Positions 1 to 14,580 are shown, numbered from the stretch's first letter. The stretch: DNA of 64,000 nt from the human T2T-CHM13v2.0 reference genome, Homo sapiens (GCF_009914755.1 NC_060926.1), one strand, 5' to 3'. Notes: generated by a model from the letters alone, not told the origin. Made by a program: numbers and translations.

Positions 1-496
1 ACTAGAAGAAAACATGACTAAACAATATCCCAATCAAGTGTTTATAAGAAAACAAACAAACAAAAAAGAATGAAGAAGAAAGAATAAGAGAAGGAAACCA
101 AGGCAGAGTTAAAAAGTGTAATTGATCTAACCAAAGTCATGCTTTAAGACCCTGTTATCAAGGCACAGAGGGGCCTCCAATTTGCACAGCATCAGGGGGC
201 ATTGTTCATTGTTGTTCATCTCCCTTAGAGTTGTGCAAGCCTTACAAATTGGTAAATAAGTTGAAATGATGCAAGTGTGCATCATGGAATATTTCTCAAA
301 CATTTGCTTATTCCAAGAACATTCCAAGACATAATTTTTCTTGTCGAGGTGCCTGCGGGAGGAAGTATTCCATGAGTTTGCTCCCAAAGTAGGGAAGTTG
401 CCACTTCCAAAGCCATTTCATGCCACTTTGCTGCAGGTATTAAAGGAAGTCCCAAACTGACAAGAGTTCTCTCCATCAAGGACAAATGGCCAAGAT

Positions 497-790
497 GTGA
501 TTAGTGATGTTGAGCACCTTTTAACATACCTGTTGGCTATTTGTATGTCTTCTTTGGAAAAATGTTTATTCAGATCCTTTGTCCATTTTTTAGTTAGGTT
601 ATTTGGTTTTTTTTGCAATTGAATTGTTTGAGTTGCTTATATATTTTGGATATTAACTTCTTATCAGTTATATGTTCTGCAAATATTTTCTCCCATTCAA
701 TAGATTGTCTTTTCAATCTGTTGTTTCCTTTGCTATGCAGAATCTTTTTAGTTAAATTCAAACCCATTAGTCTGTTTTTGCTTTTGTTAC
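497..790 (-). mobile_element. L1 fragment, 3' part of ORF2 (old L1M/L1PB-type)
   Basis: Minus-strand ORFs read [31 protein letters not shown] and [25 protein letters not shown], which are canonical L1 ORF2p C-terminal sequences; frameshifted. Confidence 0.92.
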
Positions 791-879
791 AAATTATGTT
801 GTGCTTATGCCAAATAATACATAATAATGCCAGAAAATACAATGGCGTTCTTGACTACCAATCCCACCCCACCATCACC

Positions 880-1990
880 ATCACCACTGCCCTAATTTCA
901 TTCCTGTCCCTGGAGGTTAACCACTATAATTTCTGGCATATACCTTTCTGGACATTTTTAAGTGTATTTAAAAGATATATGTATCCATAAATATATAATT
1001 ATATGGTTATATCTTTTACATGAATAGTGTCATGTCATACACATTTTTCTTCAACTTTCCTTATTTGTTTAAAAATCTGTCTTGGAAGTCTTTCAATGGC
1101 AGTACATACAGGCCTATTGCATTCCTTTTAACTGCTGTGTGGCTAATACTCCTGCATAGCCTGTGACATCAGAGTTTGTTTAACCGCTCCTTCGCTGCTT
1201 CCAATCTTTCACCGTAATAATACTGCAGAGTACTGCAGTAATGAATGTACTTGTATATAGAACTGTGGGCACATGTCCAAGTCTTTCTTTGGGACAAATG
1301 TCTATATATGGAACTGCTATAAATTATCACAGTTTCAGCAAAAATGATCATTCCTCCAAGGCCACACTTCTTCACACCCTCGCCAATCATCAATGAGAGT
1401 GTCTGTTTACCTAACCTTCACCAGCAGTGAACAGTGTTGGTGTTGCAATAAGTTCAGTGGGCAAAAATAGCACTTCACTGTTATAACTTTCATCTCCCTG
1501 AATATAGTGAGCTTGAGCAGTAATTTTTAAGTGTGTGTTTCATCTGCAGTCTCCTATATTTTATTCTACTACTTTGATAGGTTTATTTTTCTAATTAATT
1601 CCATGATCCACCTCGAGTTTAACTGCTGCGTATTTTGATATGAGGGATCACTTTAATCTGATTTTCTTTTCCAAATGGGCAGGCAGTAATCTCCCCATCA
1701 TTTATTGAAGATTCCCTTTCTTCTATCCTGATTTAAACTTTCACCAAAAATTTTTCTTAAGTCTCCATTTATCATGCATCACTTTCAGAACTCCCTATTC
1801 TCTTCCGCTGATCTACTGTGATGCCAAGAATTGTTTTAATAACTAAAACTTAATTGCCTATTTAATGTTTAATAGGGTGACATTGACTATTTTGCACATT
1901 TTCTTTTCCCAATGAGTTTCAGAACCAACTGGACATATTTCTCAAGAAAATTTCATTAGGATTTGTTTAGGTTTTCTTTTCTGACATTGT
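880..1990 (-). mobile_element. Highly diverged L1ME-type fragment
   Basis: T-rich sequence resembling antisense L1 3' UTR/ORF2 end (e.g. cattcctttta-actgctgtgtgg, atgagagtgtctgttt, catcatttattgaaga). Confidence 0.6.
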
Positions 1991-3100
1991 TGGACTTCTA
2001 AGTTTTTTGTTTGTTTGGTTTTCTTTTTGTTTTGGGATGAGCACATATTCAACTCACAGCTGATGTGACTTCACTGCATTGTCAGTTAACTACTACCTTT
2101 AGTCACAGTACAAATAAAATCACCATTTTTGCTAAATATTCTCCAAAATTCACTCAATTATCAAATTATCATAGGTCATCTTGTTCAGCTTCCTGGATCT
2201 ACATTCTGCAATTAACTTGCTCTGTAAACAGATAATGAAATAGTTCATGAGAGCACTACTTAGTGGGTGACTGGTAGACCGGCTTCAAGAAATTGCCAGT
2301 CCCACACCTCTTCTGTAATGGGCTCTTTATCTTGTTTCAACCAAAGCAGCTATGTTTTGAGCTATTTCATGCACAAGTGTTCTATATACAATTTTATTTG
2401 AAAGCAAACCCTCCTGATGAAAAAAAATGTTTTGAAAATCACTGTGTTGTGGCATGAAACTCTGGAAACAACAGTCCATTTGTTCAAGGCTGGAACAAAT
2501 TCAAGGCTGCTCACTATTAATTTAAAAACAAACAAACAAACAAACAAACTGCTGGCTGGGCCTGAAGAAGCCCCTGGGATTCACTTCCTTGTAGAGTTGT
2601 GTGGCCTGCAACCTACCATGTCTCCTCAGCCTGCTAAACTACGCTTCACCCACAGCACCTGTCCTCTTAGTTGCCACAGTCTAAAAATCTCCCTCACTCA
2701 GCAATATAGAGCTTCTGCATTATGAGTCTTTATCCAAGAGTGCAGCTTTCTATCCAGAGCCTGTCAAAAGTTTGGCTGCAACTAACAATATTTACAGAAG
2801 ATTGTCTAAGGACTGTATAATCTACACACTCATCAAGGACTCTCAAGATGTATCCTTGGATGGAATTGGACAGCCAAAATGATAAATATTTTGACCTTGT
2901 AAATTCTGCTTTAAGAGAAATCACCTTCACCCAACTAAATAATATGCTCTGGTTTTGATTTAAGGTCATTGAAAGAATGGGTTGAGAATGAATAAATCAC
3001 TGAATAAATGAAAGAACAATCAAATTTAAAGAGAATCTACTTGGGAAACAGGAAATGATAGGTTTTATTACTATAGGTAGCTTTGTTAAAGGTTATTAGA

Positions 3101-3427
3101 GGCTGGGCGTGGTGGCTCATGCTTGTAATCCCAGCACTTTGGGAGGCCAAGGTGGGCGGATCACGAGGTCAGGAGATTGAGACCATCCTGGCTAACACGG
3201 TGAAACGCCATCTCTACTAAAAATACAAAAAAATATTAGCTGGGCGTGGTGTCGGGCGCCTGTAGTCCCAGCTACTGGGGAGGCTGAGGCAGGAGAATGG
3301 CGTGAACCAGGAGGCGGAGCTTGCAGTGAGCCGAGATCGCGCCACTGCACTCCAGCCTGGGCGACAGATCAAGACTCAGTCTCAAAAACAAAAACAAAAA
3401 CAAAAAACAAAAAGCAAACAAACAAAA
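3101..3427 (+). mobile_element. AluY, full length, (CAAAAA)n-type tail
   Basis: Dimeric Alu with AluY diagnostics (gagaccatcctggctaacacgg, gagaatggcgtgaacc); degenerate TSD aaaggttattaga/aaagtctgttaga. Confidence 0.95.
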
Positions 3428-3957
3428 AGTCTGTTAGAAAAAGAACTAATAATCCTAGCTTTTTCTCAATTCTATTATATACTGCACAGGCAAAATAAAG
3501 TACAATTAGAAGACATACCTCAGCATTGGTTGGAAAGTTTAAGTACTGCAAAATATGCATCCAATGTAGAACTATTGTTTACATTAACCATTACTTCTAT
3601 CCTTAGTAGTGCAAGATGCTAAGACTTCAAACAAATGTTCACTACAAAGGGCTTGCTTTGTGCCCAAAAAAGTGATTTAGTCACTTTTATGGATTATTTA
3701 AAATTCTGGATTTTGTAATAGTAAATATAATGAAAATGTCAGGCTAGATTGTCTTTACAGCTTCACATTGAACAACTGCATTTTTTAAGTAAGTCATATA
3801 AAATGACAGGTATGCGATATGATGGCTCCAGGATCTGTCCATTTCTCTCACCAGAATGGAAGAGTTTACTGACCACTTACTATGTGTTTTAAAAGGTACT
3901 TCATGGTACTCCTTACACAGCTTCAATTGAAAACAAGTGATTTCTCTAAACGTGATG

Positions 3958-4792
3958 GAAGGAATGAATGAGAGAGAAAAAAAAAAGAGAAGGAAGGAAA
4001 GGAAGGAGAGAGAAAATAAAGAAAAAGAAAAAAGAAAGGAAGGAAGGAAGAAAGGATGGAAGGAAGGAAGGAAACAAGGGAAGAAGGAAGGAAAGAAGGA
4101 AAGAAGGAAGGAAGGAGGGAAATAAGGAAGGAAGGAAATAAGGAAGATAGGAAGGAAATAAGGAAGGAAGGAAGGAAAGAAGGAAGATAGGAAGAAATAA
4201 GGAAGGAAGGAGGGAAATAAGGAAGATAGGAAGGAAATAAGGAAGGAAGGAAGGAAATAAGGAAGATAGGAAGGAAATAAGGAAGGAAGGAAGGAAATAA
4301 GGAAGATAGGAAGAAATAAGGAAGGAAGGAGGGAAATAAGGAAGGAAGGAAGGAAATAAGGAAGATAGGAAGAAATAAGGAAGGAAGGAAGGAAAGAAGG
4401 AAGATAGGAAGAAATAAGGAAGGAAGGAGGGAAATAAGGAAGATAGGAAGAAATAAGGAAGGAAGGAAGGAAAGAAGGAAGGAAGGAAATAAGAAAGGAA
4501 GGAAACAATGAAGGAAGGAAGGAAATAAGGAAGGAAGGAAGGAAATAAGGAAGATAGGAAGGAAATAAGGAAGGAAGGAAATAAGGAAGATAGGAAGAAA
4601 TAAGGAAGGAAGGAAGGAAAGAAGGAAGATAGGAAGAAATAAGGAAGGAAGGAAGGAAAGAAGGAAGGAAGGAAACAATGAAGGAAGGAAGGAAATAAGG
4701 AAGGAAGGAAGGAAGGAAGTGGGGGAAGGAAAAGGGAAAAGATTGAAAAGGAAAGAAGTTAAAAAGAGGGAGGGAGAAAGGAAAAAAAGAAG
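3958..4792 (+). repeat. ~830 bp polypurine compound minisatellite (AAGG/AAATAAGG/AAGATAGG units)
   Basis: Read directly: near-pure A/G strand with recurring units; it generates the spurious F/L/P/S ORFs. Confidence 0.97.
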
Positions 4793-6074
4793 ACAGTCTC
4801 TTTGACAGTATAAAACATTATCTTCAGGGATACTCTATATACCATATGTTTAAATGGGATTTCTATTAAAGTATTATAATATTCTAAAAATGATAGAATC
4901 ATTGGCTGGAAGGCTTATTTCCTAGAACTTTCTGTGGGTGAGAGAGGAGGCTCCACTCTCCATGTTACTCCCAGTAAGTGGGACCAGTAAACAGCCGAGT
5001 GTTTCTACACTTTCCTACAACAGCTCTGTTTTAGCTAACTTAGGGGAAATGGCAGGAGGCAGGAGCAAGTATTATTGTGTTTGTGCAGCTCTCTGGGCAC
5101 TAGTCCAAGACTGGTTGAATTTTGGGGTTTGTTATTATGCATAGTCCTCCAGATTTTTAAAGGAGGATTTTTTAACATTGCATTATTTCAGCATTAAGTT
5201 TTACCAGACTATGAAAAAGGAATTTCTCTGTAAAGCAACGCAAATGTTTTATAAGAGCCATTTTGTGCTTTCATTCAGTTTAAAGAGCTAATATCTACCA
5301 TTTCTGATATAGATTGGGTCCTGACATCGTTAGGGGTTCACAGAACCCATCAGAGGAGGCCCAAAGCTCTTGGTCTCTGGTCTCTCTCCAGCCCCAGAAA
5401 TGGACACGAGTAAACCATCTGCTCATGGTTGGACGCAAACACTGACAGGGACACATAAATCTAGAGGCTCAGGGGTTTAAGACATTTGGCATGGAAAATA
5501 TTAGTGACTCTCTTTTACCATAATGTTTGTGTCAATATCTGCCAGGGGATTTCTGAAACATACTAAAACCAAAACTTTTCCTAGCACGTGGCTGAGGAAA
5601 TGAACATTCAACCATTCCTGGCTCTGAAGGATGACAGAAACACACCAACACATTCAATTCATCGTCTTGCCTGCTTCCCTAACATTTTTAGATTCATGAA
5701 AGATGGCTGCGAAGTTTCCAGGAGAAGAAACTGCAGATATTAAAGGCCCTGTGGGAAGCCTCCTGCCAGTCTCTTTACTGCCAAAAATCTCTGAGCAAGA
5801 CCTAGCAGGTGGATGAGGGACTCTGCAAGACAAGTTTATCCACGTGTGGCAGAAGATATTTCATTATCAAAGTTTATTGAAACTGGAAATTAGCTCGAAA
5901 TTAGCTCAGTATGAGATATTGAGGAAGTGAAGTCAACCATAGCTGAATTTTTTTCAAGGAATAATGATAAATCTGTAACAAAGTCGGAATCTTGACTTAC
6001 GTCACAGAAAGCACCTGAGCCCACTTCGGTTCCACCTCACGGTGAGTTCAGCAAATCTTTGAGTTGCTTTAGTC

Positions 6075-6200
6075 TGCCTCCTCATTCTGTAAATCAGAGA
6101 AATGAGACTCAGAGCAGCTAAAAGATTTGCCCAAAGTTTCCCAGCTAATTAGGAATTGGATGAAACAAGAATGGAGGCTTTCTCTGACATCCATGAACCC
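6075..6200 (-). mobile_element. MIR fragment
   Basis: agaaatgagactcagagcagctaaaagatttgcccaaagtttcccagctaatt resembles the MIR core. Confidence 0.6.
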
Positions 6201-9057
6201 CTCTTTATATCCAAGGCAGAGTTCAACACTGCCTCTTTATGTGGTCCCCACTCTACACACAGCTATAGTTCCTATAGAGCTGAATTTGCAGTTGTTTCCC
6301 CATATCCCTAGGCCACAAGCCTCTAGAAGATAAGGACATGTTTTTCCACCTTTTGAGTCCAGCACCTAGCACAACACCTAACATGCGCTACCATTATCAA
6401 GTAGTACTACTACTTCCAGCAGCTAACTTTAATGAGCCCTCACTTCATACCAGTCCTGTGCTGCCTCCTTAACGCAGTACTCATTTTGTCCCCACAATAT
6501 CTGGCCGAGCCTAGGCTCTTTTTCAGTATGTCTGATCACTCAATCAATCTTCATTCAGTGAGTGAATGAATGAATGAGCCTAATGTCAGGTACCATGCAC
6601 TTGTCCCCACTTTAGCTTTTCTATTTCATAAGTGTCTAGGCTGGGAAAACAAAGCCATCAAAGCCTTTCATTTCTACACCATAGAGTAGAAGGTTATGTC
6701 TATGCAGAGTATGACTGGGCAGCTTACTGGGGCCTCCCTCCAATCTGCATCTGGAGACTGCTGGATCACCTCCATGTTTTAAGGTGTTCAAGGTAATAAA
6801 ACACAATAAAAGCCGAAGCAGGGTTACAGAAATAACAGGATATTTTAAATGTTCAGTCTTGGCAAGGTAGCCCGTGACTACACGTAGCCTCATTTCAAGG
6901 TAATGTGAACATGTAAATTTCAAGACCCTTCATAAATGTGAGCTCAGGACCAAAAGGTCTTCTGCACCCACCTTGTGATAAGCCCCCACTAACCATAAAT
7001 CCACTCATCCTGATCCATTAGTGTAGTTGCTGTTAAAACTCTTTGCTATTGTTCCAGCAAAGCATTTACTGTACAAAGACCTAAGAATCACTAATTATAT
7101 TAAATGGTTATTTCAGCCACTGTTGGCATTAAGCCAACAAACGAAAATACCTTTCTGTCACGTAAAGTCACCCTCTACCTCATACCCATTTGGCAAAGTA
7201 GAGTTACCGGTGGTTGTCTCTGCAGAAGCAACTAAGGAATAATGAATATGCTCAACTTCCTTCTCACCAGTTGCAGAGGGTGGTACCAGTGGCAGCTACT
7301 GGGAAAATTGCGATGCCACAGCCATACACAATACGCCATCCTGAGTATTCAGAGACATGTCATTACAGTCAGGGTGTGCAGAAGAGGGTTTAAGTACTTA
7401 CGACTACGTGAGGAAAACTCTTTAAGATGCAACTGCTATATTAACTCCTAATTAATCTGAGGATTATTCAGCAGTGGCAGGACCTTCTCTGCAGGTCAGT
7501 GAAGAGTGTGTGAATTATCTTCTTACAAATTATTATTTGAAAAAAGTATTTGTTACCCATATTTTCACTTTGGGTCTCAAAAGTTGGTGTCGATCTGACT
7601 ATTAGAAATTCTAAGTCTCATCAAAATTGTAGCTAAATTGGATTTGTGTAAGTCTTCTACAACATTTTTTATCTGTAATTCTTCAGAAGTATAACAACAA
7701 TTTTTAAAGTTTGTGATTTTTCAGCTTTTGATCAGTGTCTACCAAAGAACTGAGAGATGCCATTGCAGGTTTGATATTCCCAGTTCTAACCCACTTATTG
7801 TAATTAACCTTCACCCCCTAAAGTAGAACAGCTGACTGGTGACCCACACACAGAAGTGCCTTTTCTTATACAAACTTCAGCCTACCCTTTTACCAGAAGG
7901 AGCACCCTAGCCTCAAACCATTCATTTATTCATTCATCAATATAATGAGCACCTAAAGTGTGTCAGACACATCAGAAATGTGCTATTGGTACTCTGAATT
8001 GAAACTGATAATGCACTTTCCCTTGGAAATATTGTCACTGCTATTATCACTCTTAAACTCAGGAAAGCAGGAGTCCTGGCCAGAACCCAGGACTCAGGGA
8101 TTCCCAAGCCTTGGAGTCCCTTCTGGTGCAGTGCCAACTGGGAAGTCACCCTGAGCCTGGACTAGGACTTGTGTGAGTCCCCATCCATGTCTCACATTCT
8201 GGCAGCTCTCCAAACCTTTACTGCTTCCCTACACTGTGCAGTCAACCAAGTGCCCCAGGGAGCTCCAGCACTCAAGCCTGTGGGGCCACCCAGGGTGCAA
8301 TGGCTAAGCCCTGGTTCTGAGAGGGCAGCCTGGCAAATGCGTTGTCTCTGCTGGCCAATGTGGCATATATTTCATGTGATCAGAAGAGACTAGGCGTCAG
8401 AATGATGCTCATATGCTGATTTTGGGTGACTCAAATTGCTTATACAAACAGATGTCCCATGAGGAAAAAAAAATGACCAGGGACTCCCTCATACCCTAGG
8501 GGCAGCTCTGGTGATGAAATCAATTCAATGTTATAAAAGCAGGTTAGGTGCCCTTAAAATTTTAGCATAGGGAAATGTTTTCTGATTTTCAAACAACTAA
8601 TTTTCAAATGAATTTCTAGAACCCAATCCATCCTAAACTGGAGACAGTCCATATTGCTATATACCATAAAACTAACTTATAAAGACAGCCAATTGTTCCA
8701 TGACATTATCCCCCTAAAGCCTCTTGGAAACAATGCAAAGGAAACACCATGTGCATGTTTCTCTGTCTTATTTGTGTTTTCCATCCTGATGCCTCAGAAT
8801 ACCTAACTCCATATATTGCCCATAGTAGACACTCAACAAATATTTGCTGATCATCATTTTGAAGTAGAAAGTCTTCATTAGATATTTCCTTCAAATAACA
8901 AATATTTATAAGGTGCTTCATAACTAACTGAGTTAAGACCTTTTAATAAGAAAACAAAACAGGAACACTTATATAACAGATGAGGATATTTTCTTCAGGA
9001 AATTCTTCTGACTTAATAATCTGTCATAACTGCCAGTGTTTTTCTTGTAGCTCAGCA

Positions 9058-9356
9058 GTAACAAAAATGACACAGCCATCGATAGCACTAGAGAAGGTTT
9101 TTAAAAATAAAAACAAACAACGGGAAAATAACACACGAATCTCCCAAAAATGATTCAAAATCTCTCTCACTCAGGGAAAGAGTCTTTCCATCCCAGTCTC
9201 GCTCTTCTCCCAGTCTCTCTCTGACACACACACATGCACACACGCAGGCCCACATGTACACCATTTCCATCTGACCGGAAACAAGAAGACAGTGTCAAGG
9301 TATGGTTTAGGTCAGTGGGAGCCCAGTGAAAACAGTCAGCCACTTCCAAAACAGGC
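9058..9356 (+). repeat. Unique-sequence donor of a local dispersed duplication (copy at ~11155-11433)
   Basis: Colinear blocks shared with 11155-11433: acaaaaatgacacagccat, tctctcactcaggga, ggaaacaagaagacagtg, ggtatggttt, ggtcagtggga, cacttccaaaacaggc. Confidence 0.92.
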
Positions 9357-10931
9357 GCGGTAACATGAAAGGTAGGAGCCACTTCCTAAGCCAAACAGAA
9401 ATTGAATTACTGGCTCAGTTAACTGAATATTTACCTGGCTCAGTTAAATGAGTAAACTTAACCAGTGAAAAATTCTCATACTCAGTATAAAAACCAATAT
9501 TTAAAGAATGTTGTATGCACGTATTTGCCATCTATGCATGTATCTATGAAGACTGTCTAGCAAATTTGCTGTATCTTCTTGTGTTAAGTGCCAATGATGG
9601 TAAAACATCATTTGTCAGTAACATTCCATAGTCTCCACGAAGTAAATGAACTCTACTCTTCTTAACAGTTCCATGGCATCATTTAAGGAGACTCTTCCCA
9701 AACTGAATGTTTATGACCTATTTTTTGAAATATGCTACACATGAGCTTAACAAAGCAAAAACCCAAGAAACAATGGAAACACACCAGGCTGAAGAATCTA
9801 TACCCTGCCTTTGGGGCTTCTGCAGGTCAGTGTTCTCACAGTTGAACTGAAAAAATGAAAATACCTACTAGCTCTTTTCCTTGCCAGAAAATGGATGGTT
9901 GCCATTGTCTGGTGTCCACTCAAAGAAAGTCCACCTTGCTGTTCATAGAGATGAGACCAAAAGGCTGTGTGCAAACTTAACCTTTGTTGAATAAATCATA
10001 TTTAAATACGCCAAGAGAACTAGATACTGTATTTAAAAGTATCCTCTGCTGGAACACTCAAAGCTTGCTTAATACATATTTCTATATGAATGTAGACTGA
10101 AGATATCAAATTATCCCCAAGCAAAAACAAGAAATTTGAATCCTAAATCATATATCTGAGAACATGCTCCCTGTAAATCCTGGCTCTGTCTAATTTGCTT
10201 ATGAAAGGGTAAGCAGTGGGTCAAATGTCCAAGTTTGGTAACTTCCATAATCACCAACACTGGGCTCATGTTGCCTCTATGGGTGTCATTCCCAGTATTC
10301 AATAATTTGAGTATCCTTCTAATGAAGAGACAGAAGCCACTGAGAAGTCACTCTAGGTTACGGGCAATTTCCAAATGATGGTCAGGAGGCTGCCGCATCG
10401 GCTGGGCATACCCACACTGAGCAGCACCGCTGTTCACATGAAGTGGAAGAAAACTGCGTGAGATTGAGCCAGGAGGCTCATGCCCAGATGTTCACCCTGC
10501 AAGATGGGACTTCTGAGGATGGTTATATTCTTGGGCAATTCCACTGACAGCGCCTCCTCTTTACCCACCCTCGGGTTACTCCCACCTGACATCTGCCTCC
10601 GTCCCTCTACTCACTGCCTCAGGAAGGCAGTGCCCCCTTTGGAGCACCGTCTCCTCCCTTCTCTCTGCAACATAGCTATAAGAGCCCTTCATCCTCACCT
10701 CCAAGATTTTCACTGCATCTTCATTTTCTGCCTCTATTTTGGCTTAATTTCCAAGAATCTTCTATCAAATCCAGCAGTTCCAACTCACAATAAGGCTTCA
10801 AAGCAAGGAACAAAAGTATGGCATATTTTTGATATTCTGTCAGATCTATAACCAGCTCCAGAAGTGTAATGGAATTCTCTAAAATAGATACATTTATTTC
10901 ATGTTAACATAAAGAAAGTCTTCATGAGTGG

Positions 10932-11589
10932 TACTGTAGGCTGAACTGCATCCCCCCTAAAATGCGTATGTGGAAGTCCTCACCGCCCCCCATGTGGTGG
11001 TTTGGGAGACAGGGCCTTTGAGAGATAATTAGGTTTAGATGAAGATATGAGGGTGAAGCTTTCATGATGGGATTAGTGCCTTTATAAAAAGAGACACCAG
11101 AGAGTTCTCTTTCTCTCTGTCTCTCTCTCTCTCTCTCTGCCATGTGATGACACAACAACAAAAATGACACAGCCATTCAAAGCACTAAAAATTATTTAAA
11201 AAAATAAAAACAAGCAATGGGAAAACAATGTACAAATCTTCTTAAAATAATTAAACATCTCTCACTCAGGGATTCTTTTCATCTCTGTCTCTCTCTCACA
11301 CATACTCACAACGCATGCGTGTGCACACACATGAACACACACCACTTCTGTCTGACAGGAAACAAGAAGACAGTGCAGAGGGTATGGTTTGGTCAGTGGG
11401 AACCCCGTTAATATAGTCACTTCCAAAACAGGCAAGAAGGCCACCACCCACAAGCTAGAGAGAGGGCCCTCACCAGAACCCAACCGTGTTGGCATCCTGA
11501 TCTGACTTTCAGCCTCTACGCTGTGTTCTGCTGTGTAAGCCACCAGGTCCATGATTTTTTTTTTCTGGCAGCCTGAGCTGACTAATACA
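10932..11589 (+). mobile_element. MLT1A-type MaLR solo LTR interrupted by a ~280 bp non-LTR insert
   Basis: LTR ends ...gctgactaataca; perfect 5 bp TSD AGTGG at 10927-10931 and 11590-11594; MLT1A body motifs (gggattagtgcctttataaaaagagac, gccctcaccagaacccaacc). Confidence 0.9.
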
Positions 11590-11896
11590 AGTGGCTTTGA
11601 TGGAATTATCCCTAAAATCCTTTCCAGCTCCAAATTCTTTGAACCTATGTGTAATTCATAAATGTCTTCTTGTGTTGGTGCGGGCGGTAGATGGGTAGGG
11701 GTGAGTGAAATTGTTAAAAGTTAGATAATTTTAAAAAATGACATAACGATAACCTATCAAAACTCTCAAAGGTGGCAAAGCCCTGTTCTGAGACTTATCA
11801 GATGCAACTTCTACCTTAACTCCTTCAAATATGAGTTCTCACTATTAGAATCTTCTGATTGGCCAAACTTTCGATGCTTTGGTGGCCCCTTACCTA

Positions 11897-12436
<540 letters not shown>

Positions 12437-12594
12437 TCAAGAGATGGTGACTGATCTCGATGCGTTTCCATGCTAGGGCTGCTTTCTCATCTGTTCTGGA
12501 AGTTTTCCCTGTCCTCTCCCCTTCACCCCACACTATCTGCAGACCAACACGCATGCACCCTCCAGCACACCCTCAAACTACTCACACACTAAAG

Positions 12595-12862
12595 TGTCTG
12601 CAATCTATAGAGACAAAAAGCAGATTGTGATTACTTAGGGCTGAGGGAAGGGGGCAGGGAATTTGGAATGATAGCTTAAGGGTAAAGAATTAGCTGACAA
12701 AACCATAGGGTGTCTTTTTGACGGGCGTGATAAAAATGTTCTAAAATTGATTATGGTGATAATTGCACCTATCTGTGAAATCTGTGAATATACTAAAAAC
12801 CATTGAATTGTAGGCTTTAAATGAGTGAATTGTGTAATATGTGAATTGTATCTTAATAAAAC
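12595..12862 (+). mobile_element. L1MB-type 3' end
   Basis: gtgataaaaatgttctaaaattgatt...gaatatactaaaaaccattgaattgt...gtgaattgtatcttaataaa is a typical L1MB 3' UTR. Confidence 0.85.
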
Positions 12863-14153
12863 TAAGTGAAGCCTGAACGCCCACTTTTGAGGACAGCGGA
12901 CGAAACACAGGGTATGACAGGAGTAACAGAGCTAAAGCCCTGCCTCGTGGGCTGCACTTGACAGTAAGGAAATGAAGCGCCATAGCCGGAGATCCTATGT
13001 TAGTTTCCCATAAGCCACCCTCTTTGGAGGGTCAAGTCACAGCATATAGGATCAGGAAAGGGTCTTTTACCTTACGCACAGTCAAACCCTCCCCCAGACA
13101 ACGGAGTGCTGTGTCAAAGCCTCGCTCAGAATGGATTTGAGTAGCATAAAGGATCCATATAGGTGAAGGTGGAAGAGTGAATCAAGTCTTAGAATCCCGG
13201 TGGTGTGAAGCAGGCTCCAGGGCCCTGGGCTCGCCTCTCCCATCAGGAATACATTAGCATGCAGATCTGGCAGAACGGTTTCCCCTAGTCCTTGCAACAC
13301 ACCTCCTGCCTGATTCCTATCCAAAATTCTAATTAATAGGAATCCATATTTTCACACAGCTCTGGCAGTTTAAATATGCAAGTGCCTATTCAATGCTCCG
13401 AAGACCCCAAGCACCCTTTCAGAGCACATGGCTCTATACAAGGGCTCCCGTGTCTGAAATGCAGACGGCGCCTCGCTGTCACCATCCTAACAGTGTGGCA
13501 GCTGCGCTTCCCAAAGCCAGCAAAGTGGGTCCTGTGTGTGCATGGAAGACATGCCTCAGCCACCATCCACCATCTGCCTGGTTGGTGGGTGCACAGCCTC
13601 AGCATAGAGAGACAGCTGCCCCTGACAATGGGGAAAACAGCAGCACTTCCTCAGCTCCTTTAGCAACAAGAAAAAAAAAATGTCTGCAGGAAGAATATGT
13701 AAAATTACTGCAAATTTCAGATGCAACTGCTATTATGTCTCCTCACAGCTAAATGATCACACGCAGTAGGATGAGGTCTGTTTAGCAACTGTAACAATTA
13801 GGCACATTTATATAGAATAAGGCACTAACAAGGCTAAAAGACTATTGTCCTGGACAAAGGGTTCCTCTCATAGGCTCTGCCATCATAAATGATACCTTTA
13901 AAAAAGCCTCTTCCTAAAGACTTCTTTTAAGTAAAATGATGATCACTAATTACTTTGTTGTGAGCACAAATAAGAATTACTTTCTTCAAAAATTCTAACT
14001 AAATAAATTACTCCAGTCAAAAAGATGTACTCAATTAATTCTTTATTAAGGGCGTTGTAAAATCTAAGTGATTGTTCCAGAGAAGTTAGGCAGTGCCAGG
14101 AAAATATTTATCACTTAGCTTAGTAATTATTTACTTAGAAAAAGTTCAAAAAA

Positions 14154-14580
<427 letters not shown>

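Noticed and set aside
418-842. ORFs with real protein similarity
   Set aside because: Frameshifted L1 ORF2p remnants, not a host gene.
3744-4678. The two longest ORFs (254 and 251 aa, minus strand)
   Set aside because: Translations of the pyrimidine strand of the AAGG minisatellite; F/L/P/S low complexity with no stops for compositional reasons.
13376-13752. Overlapping ORFs in a moderately GC-rich unique region
   Set aside because: No recognisable domain, no convincing splice sites, and too few CpGs for an island promoter.
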